Below the pieces are notes generated by a model. The model saw nothing but the letters and a program-made list of their open reading frames with translations. It was not told where the DNA came from and searched no databases. Shown in pieces: positions 38,783-52,300 of a stretch of DNA of 64,000 nucleotides; the stretch's first letter is position 1; every line of letters begins with the position of its first letter. Both the position numbers and the translations under genes were made by a program. Source of the DNA: Podarcis vaucheri (Eukaryota); NCBI GenBank assembly GCA_965113315.1, contig OZ220365.1, one strand, 5' to 3'.

Positions 38783-39439
38783 CTGTATTTTTTGTCCTAT
38801 AGGACGCACCGGCCCATAGGACGCACCTAGTTTTTTGGGGGGGGAAATAAAGGGGTGAAATTATTTTTTCCCCCAGGCGCGGGGCTGGGGCGGGGGATGC
38901 CCAAGCTTCCCCCGACCACAGCCCCCAGAACAGGCTGCTATCTGCAAGCCTAGGGAGCCCGGCGGGAAGTCCCGCCGGTCTCCCCAGGCTTGCGGATATC
39001 TGTCCCCCGAGCTTGTGGGGCTGGCAGCCTCCAAACCAGGTCGGGGAACAGCGGGAAGGTGGCTCTGCACCTCCCCACTGTCCCCCAAGCTTGTGGGGCT
39101 GGCGCTGGGGAGAAGCGCACTTCTCCCCAGCGCCAGCCTCCAAACCAGGTCGGGGAACAGCGGGAAGGCGCACTGTGCCTCCATGCTGTCCCCCGAGCTT
39201 GTGGGCTGCAGGCTGCTGCCCGCAAACCTTGCGAGCCTGCGGGAACTCCCGCCGGGCTTGCAAGGCTTGCGGATAGCTTCCTGAAGCCTCGAGAGCGAGA
39301 GGGGTCGGTGCGCACCGACCCCTCTCGCTCTCCAGGCTTCAGTGAAAGCCTGCATTCGCCCCATAGGGCGCACACACATTTCCCCTTCATTTTTGGAGGG
39401 GGAAAACTGCGTCCTATAGGGCAAAAAAACAACAACCGG
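38783..39439. mobile_element. Mariner/Tigger-type non-autonomous element with GC-rich tandem and palindromic interior
   Basis: TA|CTGTATTTTTTGTCCTATAGGACGCA ... TGCGTCCTATAGGGCAAAAAA..CGG|TA; ~80-bp internal direct repeats; 42-bp perfect palindrome 39291-39332. Confidence 0.82.
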
Positions 39440-41289
39440 TAATAAAAAAATCAATAAAACAGCAGTAGATACTGGTTGGTTAAAAAGGAGGGAAATTCAA
39501 AAGACACCTGAAAGAAGGCAGGGGTGGTTCCTGCCAAATATCACCAGAGAAGGAGTTCCATAGGGCGGGACCTGCCACACTAAAGAATCAGCTCCTAGGG
39601 AAGGCTAACCGAACCTCAGGGGCATGGGGAACCACCAGAAGTGCCCTATCAGAGGACCACCTTGATTGATGTAGAGTACAGTCCGATGGTCCCTAAGGTA
39701 CTTGGACCCAAGTTGTTTAGGGTTTTGTGAATTAACAGAAGAACCTTGAACCCAGCTTGGTATTAGATTGGTGAGCAGATGACACCCAGCTCTGTCTCTG
39801 CTTCTTATCTGACCCAATGTGTCATCATTGATGTCTGGAATGGGATAGATTAGTGCTAGAAAGTCAATCCAGAGCAGATAAAAGCTGCTGTTCTTGAAGA
39901 GTTTATCAGTCTAGGGAACTGGTATTCAGCTTGCTCACTCTTCCCCTTTAGTACCTGGTTTGTAGTTTGGGTGATGATGCTTGGTTGGATGTCAAGTGGT
40001 TTCAATTGTTCGTGGTGCCTCCTATCAGGTTTGACTGGGGTGCAAGCATGGCTAGCACAACACATTTTGCTGCCTGAGCCAGAGCAGCAAATGCCCCATG
40101 GTCACCACAAAGGCTAGTCAAGGCAGCTTGTCACCTGGGGCAGAAAATTGCACAAGTGACTCTCCCCTTACCTGACAGTACAAATGCAGTAATAATACAT
40201 TGTTATTTACATCCCTATGTATGATACCCAAACTAGCTGCTTGAAACAGCTGCGTCACTCTGCCCAATGGTTGGAGTGGCCCAACAACTGCAGCATTATC
40301 TATGCCCCAAACTAGATTACTGTATTGATCAACCAAGCCTGAAGCAGTAGCTGAAAATTATAGCTGGCTCAAAACATGGCAGCCAGATTGTGAGTTGGGA
40401 CTAAAACCCTTTAGGCATATTATAGAACTAGATGCTGGTTTTCAACATGTTGGTTTTGGCTACCAGACGTCCCCATTTCCCAGGGACAGTCCCCAGATTT
40501 ACACATCAGCCCCCATACAAAATCCACTGAAGTTGAAAAGTGTCCCCGGATTCATTGGAAAAAATCTGGTAACCTTACTGCGGTCACGTATCTGAAGTGC
40601 CACATTCTGCCATATGAACCTGCCTGTCAACTGAGATCTACATTGGTGCCTCCCCTACCTTCTGAAGTTAGGCAGGTGGCTATCAGGAATGCAACCTTCT
40701 CATCAGAATATAAGAACAGCCCTGGTGAGTCTAGCTAACTGGGTGCCCATGGAAAAGCCCTGCAAGCAGGCCTCAGTATCCAGACTGTGGAATTCCCACC
40801 CATCATATTCTGATGTCTTCAATTCTGTCTTTCAAGTGCCACACAAAGTGTCCTTTGGGTTTTAATGGCATCTGCTTGCCTTTTGTTATTATTGTTATTA
40901 TTTCCTCCCTCCCCCTCCAACTTGCTGCTGGCTCTTATTATAGTCTTTGGCTTTTATCTGCCTTTAAAATGTTTTATTCTCTTTTTTTAGAGTATTACAC
41001 AGAGGTACAAATAGGCAGACTCTAGACAGAAAACAAACAGAGAAGCCACAGAAACTCAAGGAAGGCAGCAAAACAGGATTCAGACCTATGAAAGAAAAGG
41101 TATTTTGCACAAAGAGCCCAGCATTTCAGAAGAAGCCAGAAGGATGAACATATTGTTATGAGTTTGTAGATGCCAGGCCAGTTTGGTTGGGGGGGGGGAG
41201 GAAGTAGGCTGTATGTGAGACCCTTCTAATTCCTGCATGGACCAGGCCAGCCTGGGTGATGGGCCATTAAGAGAATAAAAGGAACTGTG

Positions 41290-42030
41290 ATGGGCCATTA
41301 AGAGAACCAAGGTCCAGATGTTTGACAAATCTTCCACCTGCCTCATTAAGAGTCGCCTTCCAATAACTACCCTTTCAGTCTATGCCCTCACCAATCCTAG
41401 ATGGACGATATAACAGAATACCTTATGAAGAGAGACTCTGTCTGTGTGGGCAACCATGTGTAGAGGACATTTCCCATTACTTACTACAATGCCCACTGGG
41501 ACGTGGGTGGCGCTGTGGGTTAAACCACAGAGCCTAGGACTTTCCGATCAGAAGGTCGGCGATTCGAATCCCCATGACGGGGTGAGCTCCCGTTGCTCGG
41601 TCCCTGCTCCTGCCAACCTAGCAGTTTGAAAGCACATCAAAGTGCAAGCAGATAAATAGGTACTGCTCCGTCGGGAAGGTAAATGGTGTTTCCGTGTGCT
41701 GCTCTGGTTTGCCAGAAGCAGCTTAGTCCTGCTGGCCACATGACCCGGAAGCTGTACGCCGGCTCCCTTGGCCAATAAAGCGAGATGAGCGGCGCAACCC
41801 CAGAGTCGGCCACAACTGGACCTAATGGTCAGGGCTCCCTTTACCTTTACTACAATGCCCACTATATACAGACCCAAGAAATCTATTCATGAAACCCCTT
41901 TTGACGAAGGAAACAAATCTAACAGGGTGGAGAAGGTGAAATGGCTACTGAGTGATACGGATGACTCTGTGACTTATAAGGTCTCTCTCTACGCCCTGGC
42001 AGTGCAATAAAATATTTTCAAATATAAAAT
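41290..42030 (+). mobile_element. RTE-X-like LINE 3' fragment split by a SINE
   Basis: With the SINE removed it reads DGRYNRIPYEERLCLCGQPCVEDISHYLLQCPLYTDPR (CCHC knuckle) ... WLLSDTD; boundaries approximate. Confidence 0.7.
41498..41846 (+). mobile_element. Sauria SINE, full length
   Basis: 17-bp TSD TTACTACAATGCCCACT (41481-41497, 41847-41863). Confidence 0.95.
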
Positions 42031-43042
42031 AGTGTAAGGAAAGGGGGCACTGTACCAGATGACAATGGGTGGGGCCTCCTACTCCCTCTTTTACATAGTA
42101 GGACAGAGCAGGTGTTTTGAGGGCAGAGTTGGCTGTGATGTAGCCCAGAGGAAGAAGCTTTAGGGCTGGAAAGGCAGAGAAAAGCCATGGCTGATTTCTG
42201 CATGTATCTATAGCTGCAGCTATGGCAGAAACAAGCCACTTTGGGGGTGTTAATGGTGTGAATCTTTCCATTGTGGCTCAGGTTGTAAATATGCGTGGAT
42301 AAAGACACTACAATCCCCAATGTGCCTCATTTCCAAAAGGAAACACAAACCTTGAGGCCTGGAACCCCTGGAACCTCGAAAAAGATGAACTAATATTTAA
42401 ATTGCTCCTTACATGGAGTGTACTGTGCCAAATGTACAGCTCCATTTTCTAGCTGGGGTGATCCAGTAAGAATTTAAGTATCATGGGAGGAAGGGTATAC
42501 ACCACACTTCCATGGCTGCACAAGAAAACAAAATGGATGACAGGGTAGTTTACAAATTGACTCCACTCCAAATGCTGCAGATATTAATAATGCCAAAGAG
42601 TGCACAGCATACCATGTTATTTTGAATCTAAAGGTGAGGAAAGACTGAAGAAAGGGAATCGATTATATCTCAGGAAGTCTAATGAGGGCAATGGAAGTAA
42701 AATCTGACATTTGTGTTAGACATTAAAAAAAAAGTTTAACAATGGAGTTCTATTTCCACTATCACTGTGCAGGAAAAGAGGGTTTATGCCTTGAAGGTGG
42801 CAAGGGTGAAGTACAACCCAAACAGTGTTGGTTTTACAGTACAACGAAACCTGCTCTGACATTTTTGCATGTCGCTTGATTTACAGCCAATTCGACTAAT
42901 GCCTTTAGGATGCTGTGGAAGAATCTGTTCTTCCTTGTCCATTCTCTGCAACAAGACTTGTACAGGGATCTGGGGAGCTGGAAAACAGCTTTTCAGTTTT
43001 CATTTATGTCAGTGTTTTAGGGCCACACTCCTGGCTGTAAGT

Positions 43043-43178
43043 CAGGCATCCCCAACCTGCAGCCCTCCATATGTTTTGACCTACAACTCCAATGATCCCT
43101 AACTATCAGGACCAGTGGTCAGGGATGATGGGAACTGTAGTCCAAAACACCTGGAGGGCCGAAGGTTGGGGATGCCTG
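43043..43178. mobile_element. Palindromic hAT MITE
   Basis: TIR CAGGCATCCCCAACCT / AGGTTGGGGATGCCTG; 8-bp TSD CTGTAAGT. Confidence 0.92.
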
Positions 43179-46100
43179 CTGTAAGTTAAGGGTGAATTAG
43201 CTGAATCACATTCTGCTTTGAAACTTGGCTGTGTAGGAGAGGTAGATTTGAGGATGATCCATGCTGCATTTGAGGTTGAAAGGACTTAGATCCACTGTTC
43301 CACCACTAAGAAACATCCAACTCCAATGTAGTGGTGAAGGTGGAACTATCTACAGCATAGGGTACCATACCATATCAATGCTGCTTAAATAACACATCTG
43401 TTAGGGGCATGGCTCTGAACAGTTGTAATCTCCTGGCATTTTGAAGCTTGAGTGAACATGCAAAGACCTTAACACTATAGGCAAAACCAGAAGTATTTTG
43501 TTAACGGAATTGTTCTTTTCATTTTTTCTGCAGTCACCCTATTGGTACTGCTGCTTGTCCAGACCATGTATAGAAGCAGCAAAACAAGAGAGTGCTTTTC
43601 AAAATACGACCAAACGCAACTCAGCTTGGAAGAAGCTACCACCAATACTGAAGGTGAATTAACACTATTGTTAATTCACTCCTGAAATGGAATCCTAACA
43701 CTGCCACTGGGTCCACTCCAAGTAACTGCTCGAAATGAATGTAAGGGAGATGGCTACTCAGGGAATCCATATGGTAACATTGGCCACATTAGAAATAGAC
43801 ACATTTTGGCTCCCATCCCTTGGTGCAAGCCCCTAGTGACTGGCACATAATCCTCTTCTTGCTCAAAAGAAGATTTTTATGAGCCAGCTAAGTGCAGAGA
43901 AACTGTTCCAGATGGTGGAGTCTGCATGATTGGATGATCAGCTGCCCACTGTGTTAAGAGAACTGAGAGTCTTAGAAGAATTGTAGGAATGTGAGTGACA
44001 GTCTGAATAGCGTCAAGTTCAAAAGGGGGTAATATTCTGAAGAGATGGGTGAAGTTATGTCACATTATTATCAATGACTCCTTTGCCGATAAGTTCCTCC
44101 TGTCAGGGAGAAGATTTATTTCCGTACAGAGTTGCTCATCTCGTATCTTCTTTTCATACAACAGTGTCCTCTTTTTGATTGATTGCCGAATCCTATAACA
44201 ATCTCCTATTGTTTCTGCTTGGTGTCACCTCAACAGATGCTTTACACATCTTGCGGACTGTGCAAACAAGATGAAAATTGGGAGAACATGAGGGAACAGA
44301 CTAACATGTCGAAGAGGCAAGGTGAAGTATCAAAGAGCTGTGAAGCAAAGTGAGTAGAATACGGACTCATTACCCAGAAATAATGGTCACTTATCCATGC
44401 ACTGTCCAGATTCAAACTCACTTAACTGCAGTAAGGTGGTGGCCTCGTTTGCCCTCAGACCTTACCTGGGAATACTGGAACTTGGTTGTAAACACAGTGT
44501 AAATCAGGGGTCTCCAACATTCTTAGCACATTTGAAAATCTGAGAAACTGTTGTGGGCTCCATAAGATACATACTTCAAAGAAAATTTAAAAAAACAAAC
44601 TGGTGATGCTCAGAACCCCTCCCCAGATTTTTATTGAAAAGTGACAAAGATATCTCACAAGGGTGAGAACACTAGTCACTGACTTGAAGCAACTCCACTC
44701 TTCCTCATTAGGAATTTCTGGGTAATTCTGTGACCTGTATATCACAGATTCTGCATATGTTCACTATTATTATTGACAAATCATCATAATCAAATGATTT
44801 TTATCTAAAGGCTGTTATTCTGAGACAACTCCTGCCGCCATGGACAAATAATACTTTGTCAACTACCTGCGGTCATTAAAGCCCAGTAGTGATTGGCAGG
44901 CCAACACTACTTGCCTGAGCTCTATCACTGTGGTGCACCAGGAGGGTGAGGGGTGAGATGGTGGCAAGGGGCAAACACACCAGCAGAGCCAATTCGGTGT
45001 TCCTGCTGACGTATTTGCACCATACCAACTTTGCCAATGCCCCTCCTCTCCTCCTTGCCTTCTGGTATGCCATAGTGATGGCAGTGCCAGGAGTTCAGAT
45101 GAACAGCACTGCCCAGACCCGCAAAGCACTACTGTTCAAACCTCATTTTGGGTTTCCAGGAAACTGACTTTTCATCCATCCTGCATACCAGAGAGGACAA
45201 TTCTCCAAATGATAATAACCATGGAAACAGGGTGATGTGGCATGCTGGGTATCCAATGTTCCTCTATATTTATCCCCGTTAAATAAAGAATTGACGTGGC
45301 CTCATGCAGCTACTTTGTTATATTTGTTTGGAATTTCTATTGCAGCAAGATCCAAAACACCAACCAGTCTACTATAGAAAGCCAGAGTTGCTTTATCCTT
45401 GAACAACGTCACCTACCAGAGGGTGACATTCTTCTAGCAGAGGAAGAGGTGGGAAGCAGCAACACTCCACTGGCTCCTCCCTCCTTCAAATGTCACCTGG
45501 CAGAAGCTATTCCATCAGGCCACAGCTAAGAGAAAATTGGGAAGCGGGGACACTTTGTTGGAATTAGTAAGACACCACAAGCAAGGTGCTTGGGCTTCTC
45601 TACTAGAACTAATTCCTCTGGTCCTATTAAGAATTTTGTAACTTTAATAACCAGTACCTGAGTTTGCTTGTCTTCCTCTTCCATTTTTAATTTTATGCCA
45701 TTAACTTTTAGACCATAAGTCCTAGAACAGAAGCCGTCTTGTTTTATTTATTACAGATAATGTGAAGAGGATGACAAACCATTTTGATTGATGCCTTCTT
45801 GGTTTGTACTAACTTTTCAATATAAAGCAAGTCAAATAAAGTGCTACCATAATATTACTATTTTGCACTGGTACTTTAGCAATATTTTTGTTAATCCAAG
45901 AGATACAGTGGCATGAGCTACGGCTTAGTTTCTGATAGCAGTGTTGTAAAAACATAGATGGCTACTCTTCTTCACAATCTGAAACATGCATTCTTTTCTC
46001 TTCCCTGTCTTTGTACTTTCAGCGGGATGTTATTGTCATCTTCCAACTGCTTAAACAATGCAGTACCCAAGTGCAAAGCATTACCTAATCTCACAGAACA

Positions 46101-47543
46101 ATACTAACAAACATTAATTTATGCAGCTTTAAGCTCCTTTCTTTTTTGCTGGCTTAGAAAAATTAATCAAATGTCTGATTGACAATTGACATAAACATTG
46201 TCTTGGACCGAATACTGAAAATTGAATGTCAGATTGTCAAAACAATTCTCAATTAAAGAACAGGACAATATTAAGTGGGACAAATAGCTACTGTATTTTG
46301 TTCTGTTTGTGAAGAAAGGAGTCAAATATAATGAAGTCTACTCCTCTGTCATTGATAAAGTATTTTTACGTCTAATGTTTCTGTTTGTTCCTTTCTGTTT
46401 TTTGCTATCAAAGCAGATGTCCTTAAATGATTGTGACAAAATGGGAACGCTTCACATTCCTTAATTGTTTCTATTTTTATTAGCACATAAAAGGCAAAAT
46501 CCTCCCAGTGAAAGAAATGGAAACAATTAAAATTCAGAACTGAACCTGTACCACCTGCTCTTTACATGCAATCTCAGCTTCTGCGTACATAATGCCTACA
46601 AGAAAATGAACAGGAACCGGCTTGCCTCCTGTTTCAGAAGGATGGACTGCATTATTCTTTCCTGCAGGCTGATAACTTATGTCTAAAACAGATGCAATAA
46701 CCAGACCATCCTGCAAAAGTACAATCCAGTTGGTGGTATCTCCTGCTGAGCAGCTGTCCAAAACCAATAAATAGTTCCTTCTGCTGTGATGAAACAGCGG
46801 TTTTGTGTCATCGATTCAGATATTGATAGAATCTCATTTTTGCTGATATGGTATTACAAAGGTCTCTCTGCATCCTGACACACCACTATTAGTGAAAGGT
46901 TCCCACTGCAAAGCTGTATAAAATTTGACAGGAGCACTGCAAACAGAAAGGCAGGCTCCTCTACCCGTTTTTTTAGTCTCTCCAGAAAGCAGCACCAAGA
47001 ATCAATGTAATCGGCAGAACCGACGCATCTTGTAAATATCAGCCTCATCTGTAGAAACCAACTTTATCCTCTCTTGTCTAATGAGCCAAATATTTCAACC
47101 CTCGCAAAAGAGGTGAGGAGGAGAAATAAGGAATATGTCATCTCCTCCTGCACCTTCTCATGGTAGCACAGCTGTTTCTTTAGGAAATGTATAGCACAGA
47201 AATCCTCTTAGACTCTTCCACTTTTGATAGAATCTCTGGTGAAAAGTTATTCGGTTTGAGTTACATGTGTCATAAATACTTCATACGTTCTAAGCAGTTT
47301 TGGAGATTATTGAAGGTAGTTAGTACTGAGCCTGGGTGGCATCTGGCTGGTCTACTGTGGATTGCAATTTAATTAATTTTATTTTACTGTGTTGATTTTA
47401 TTGGAATTGTACGGTATGGTTGTGAAGCACCCCGGCATGCTGCAAATATGAGTAACGGCTTAAAAATTTATTGAAAGGGGGACAGAAAAAGAAAAGAAAA
47501 AGCAGAAACCAAACTTTTGTAATTGGGGTGAGGTAAGAAGGGT

Positions 47544-47906
47544 GGGACGCAGGTGGCGCTGTGGGTTAAACAACAGAGTCTAAGACTTGCCGATCAGAAG
47601 GTCGGCGGTTTGAATCCCCGCAACAGGGTGAGCTCCTGTTGCTTGGTCCCTGCTCCTGCCAACCTAGCAGTTCAAAAGCACCTCAAAGTGCAAGTAGATA
47701 AATAGGTACCACTCCGGTGGGAAGGTAAACGGCGTTTCCGTGCGCTGCTCTGGTTCACCAGAAGCGGCTTAGTCATGCTGGCCACATGACCCGGAAGCTG
47801 TACGCCGGCTCCCTTGGCCAATAAAGCGAGATGAGCGCCACAACCCCAGAGTCGGTCACGACTGGACCTAATGGTCAGGTGTCCCTTTACCTTTACCTTT
47901 ACCTTT
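47544..47906 (+). mobile_element. Sauria SINE, full length
   Basis: Head, B-box, (ACCTTT)3 tail. Confidence 0.95.
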
Positions 47907-48902
47907 AAGAAGCACATTCTAGATTCCTTCCACAGTCACAACATCCTGTTATAGTGGGTCAATCAATAGAGTTTTAAAAAGGGAAATCTGCATTAATTTT
48001 GAGAAAAACTGAGTAGGAGACTCAACACACCTTTCCACCTTTCTCCCCAATATCTGTGGCATTTGTGCCATCAATCTGTTTGGAAAGTTATATGTACTTT
48101 TAAGAAAACCACAAGAGTAGAAAAAACACAAAGCCTTGCAGAACTGCAAAAAAGGAAAGACAACACTGTTACAATAGCTGAGGTTGCTTTTTATCAAAAG
48201 GTGACAAATTCTACAAAGGATTAAGCTCAAAAGGCTTTAAGCCAAGCTGGTCAAAGTGTATATTCTGCCCTGTTGTATTCTATTAGTCTTTTCTATGTTC
48301 ACACTTTCAAATCTAGCAAAGAATAAGTTGACAGTAAAATGACAGTGAGATACATTCTCCAGTCACCGCATAGACTATGGTGCAATATGAAACTGTCAGG
48401 GAAACTTATGTGTATACGCATGTTCACAATGAAATATGATCTCCCTAAATTTGAAGCTGTTGATTATGATTAAAACGAGGCAGAGCAAAACAAATTCAGA
48501 ATGTACCACCATCCATGATGCATGGTGACTGTTGCTTAGGATTGACAGGTTTCCTAAGTCTGCTGCCAAAGGGCAGTGCCTTGAAGTTTCAAGATAGTAC
48601 CTACTGAAGCTGGAAGTACTTACACATAAAGAGATCACAACCTTGCCTTTCTAGGAAAGTTACCACAGAAGTAGTAGACATATCTCAAACGATCTCAAGC
48701 GGCAGGGATAGGATATATCCTTCCCAAAAGGCAGGGCTGGGGAACCTTTGGGTGGGATTCAACTAATAAATCCCATGAGTTGAAGCCATGCACAAGGACT
48801 TCTGTTTGTACAGGGCTTTCCCCTTTCCTCCCACTGTGTGGCCCCTAAATTTGGGTTGGGGTGTTAAGAGAACCCCCAGAAAAGTGCACTTAGGGTTGGG
48901 AG

Positions 48903-49338
48903 TGTTAGAATTCCTGCTCCATGACTGCAGTCATGGGATTTTTGTCTATCACATGACAGTGTATGTTTTGACTCCACAAAGTGGGAAGTGATGGAGACAG
49001 GATGTTTGTGTTACTGTGTTCCATGAAGTGGGACTATTGTCCTTTGTTCTTTTTCTCTTTGCTGTCTGATGCTAGAGAGAGAGGGAGCCATGTTGCAGTG
49101 CTCCGTGTGTGTTTATATGTAAATAAAATAGATTAGCCAAAATGCTGAGTTCTGTTACGTAAGCTGCAAAGACTCTGCGGATCCTTAAGTGTGCCGGTGT
49201 CTGTTGGCATCGGTCGCTGTGGTGTTCAGGCTGAAGAAAGCTTTCGAAGCTCCTGAATGATCGACCAGGAGGGAGAGAACATGCCAGTTGGGCATGTGTC
49301 TCTGCCAGGGTCCTACTTGAGTGTAGGATGAGCTGACA
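48903..49338 (+). mobile_element. Solo LTR (LTR retrotransposon or ERV)
   Basis: TGTTA...TGACA termini, 5-bp TSD GGGAG (48898-48902, 49339-49343), internal AATAAA near 49122, 436 bp. Confidence 0.75.
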
Positions 49339-52300
49339 GGGAGGGGGTCATTTCCTCTGCCAAACGAAAATATTTGCCCTGATGAAACAATCACCTTAGC
49401 GCCACATTGAAGCCCTCCCTTTGGCTCTCCAGTTGCTGCTTATCCACACGTTGATCATCCCTGATCATTGGTCAGGTTTCATGGGAGTTGCAGTCCAACA
49501 ACAAATGGGCAGGAGGGAAGGTCCTCTTTTTGAACACAGGCCTATGGCCCCCCAGAGATCGCTGATGAATAAATGCATGTCTTGTTCTGGCTGTTCTTCA
49601 GTGCAGAATGTTTGCCACTTTCCCACCTCTGTTCAAAATGCATCTAGTATACCTTCATTATGTGTCCACTTTTCTGTCACTCGCAGCAGAGCAAACTGCT
49701 AAGACTGGAAGAATGTGCCAGTAAAGAGTTATGTGAAAACCTTGGAAGGAAGCTGGGGGGTAAGACCTGTGGAAAAAACAGTGTTTCATTCTGTGACTCT
49801 GCTCTTTTTCCAGGATTCCCTGAGAAGGAGGCTAAAATTCTCAAACGATAGGCTTTGTTATAAATTGTAAAAAAGGTAGGCAGAATCAAACCACCTTGAA
49901 TATAGATTTTGGAAGAAGGGGAACATTGTCTCCATACAAGTACTCTCCAGGCCGTACAGCAGCTTATGCTGTGTGGATAAAAATATGGATAAAAATTTAC
50001 CCCGCTCTCCTTCTTTGGTGAATAAAAGGATTTTGGAATATTCCATGGTTTCCTGGGGGAAAATCAGTTTTTTAGGAGACTAGAATAGAATAGATTTTTG
50101 TGAATTATTATCAGATCACTTGTAGAAATATTTCTTTCTCTCACTTCAGGCCACCATATTAGTTAATGTTGGTTAGATAGGAAATAAATTATGGACCTAC
50201 AATGCAGTATTACTGCTATTCATCAACAGACTGGAAACAGCAGTACTTTTTTATTCCATCAGTCAACAACATGGCAAGCAGTATCCACAGCAAAATACTT
50301 CATTAGAACAAGCTACTCTTTCAAATCATTAATAAAACTTTCCAGTCAGGTAGTTGGCCTTGGGGGAATGAAGAGGAAACAGCACAGGTTTCGGTTGTCA
50401 TCAATCTTCGGTGAGCAATGGGCAGGGGTCGAACATACATGCTTGTTTAAGGGTGTAAAAAGAGTTGATTTGCAGTAGCTTTCATCTAATCTTTCAGAGA
50501 AAACTCAAAGGAATTTTGTGCTATTTGTTTATCTGCCCTGGGGGCACCTCTTAGGATGCTTCTAAATGGAGGACTTTGAACATTTAAAACTGCCTTATAC
50601 GGACTTTTGGTCCATGTTTTCTACACTGACTGGCCGTGACTCTCCAGAGTTTCAAACAGGGTTCTTCCCCAGTCCCACCTGGAGATCCTAGAGATTCAAC
50701 CTGGGATCTTTTGCACACAAGGCGATTTCCCATTGCATATCCCTTCAAATGCCACACAATGGTGTCAACATTCCTAACACTTCCAAGCCATACAGGGACT
50801 GTGCTCATCCTGAAGGTCAATCCAGTTATAGCACTACAACATTGCATTATTCACCGCCTGTTCCTTGACTTCCTGTATCGTACTACGTTGGGAACGTGCT
50901 CTTCAAGTGCAAATTTAGGAAGTCTCAGAGAGGCTTTTGTCAATGATCAAATGAGGCAACTCAAGAGAGTTAATGAGGTTTTCCGTGCTGCAGAATCATC
51001 AGTGTGCAGAAGCCAAGGAGATCTATGTCTCATTCTATGGTTTCTTGAATCCCTTCTCATCGCCATTGCCTCTCTTCCATCCATAATGAGTGGCAGACTT
51101 AAAGGGATGGATGCAATTAAATTGCCTGAGGCTTTGCCAAGAGAAGATGGAAAAGATGAGTGAAGGAGATACAGCTGAAAAGTATTTTGGAAATAATCCC
51201 AGTGCTTCTGATTTTTGTGTAAAGCATTTTTCTTGAAGTGAATGTGGAGCTGCTCTTAAATTTCTGTAGAAGATACTTTAGTGAGAATGGTATTATTTTA
51301 CTTACAATAATTAATGTGGAAGTAGCTGCCTTTTTTTTTGAAGATCTTGTTGGTTTGACCACTAAGTACATGTCCCCTGCCTTGGGCCAATAAGAGGAGG
51401 AAATAGTTTCACCACAGCCTAAATTAATTTTGGAAATGTTTCTCAAGCAAATTGTCCTAATTCAACTCTCCTTGAAGTAAATCTCCTTATTAGATTCCCT
51501 GCACCCCCTGCATCCTCCATTAGATTAGGCCTGCAATCCTAAACACATTTGGCCAGTGAGTTATTTATTTTCATCTCTTCAATAACCACCCGTTCAACAA
51601 AGTCCTCTGGGAGATTTACAAAACAAGTAAGTCACAGTGACCTTAGTGAGACTTGCTTCCAAGTAGCACTATGCTGCAATTTATTTTTTTTAGAAAATTG
51701 TAAAAAGAGTAGCATTTGTTTTATTTTCTGTTTCACATGTGTTTTCGGGTTGAGTTCAGCAACCGCACAATGCAATTGTTTAACCATCCAGTGACTTGCA
51801 TGGGTCCACTTTGTGTGGGACACATTTGAATGAATTGATAGGGCATGTTAGCAGTGTTCATAGACTGCTCCCAAGAAACAGGAGCTTAGCTGCATGCCAT
51901 GTATGGAGTCAAAACAGGATCTCTGGCTAATGGGTTGGGGGAACAAGGCCAGAGCAAGTGGTGCAGCCCATGTTTTGTATCCAGAAGGTCCCATCCCAGG
52001 TTCAATACCCAGCAACTCCAAGGAAGGTAACTTAAGCAGCAAGGCTGAAATATCTGTCTGACACGCTGGACCACTTCTAGCCAAACCATCATGCTTGGTA
52101 TATGCCTATGTACCAGGACTGCCTGGTACATTAAAAAAAGCACATAAAAGCTCAAGATACATATTGATCTACCCACACGTAGTTGTTATCCCTGAGAAAC
52201 ATAGAAAACAACAGGATATATTTATCCGAAAGTCTTCAAACTTACACAACCCTTTAAAAATTAGCTGATGAAGGTGAATACATCTAAACAGGGCCCTGTC

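Noticed and set aside
38688-39454. Overlapping 150-197 aa ORFs in several frames (also 1505-2361, 14020-14420)
   Set aside because: Stop-poor GC-rich MITE interiors with no domain signature.
43534-43653. Plus-strand exon-like segment (ttttctgcag|...AAG|gtgaat, 120 nt)
   Set aside because: Isolated, no recognisable peptide and no partner plus-strand exons; a lncRNA exon cannot be excluded.
50636-51163. 175-aa plus-strand ORF
   Set aside because: Starts inside a decayed SINE at a non-ATG codon; no recognisable domain.
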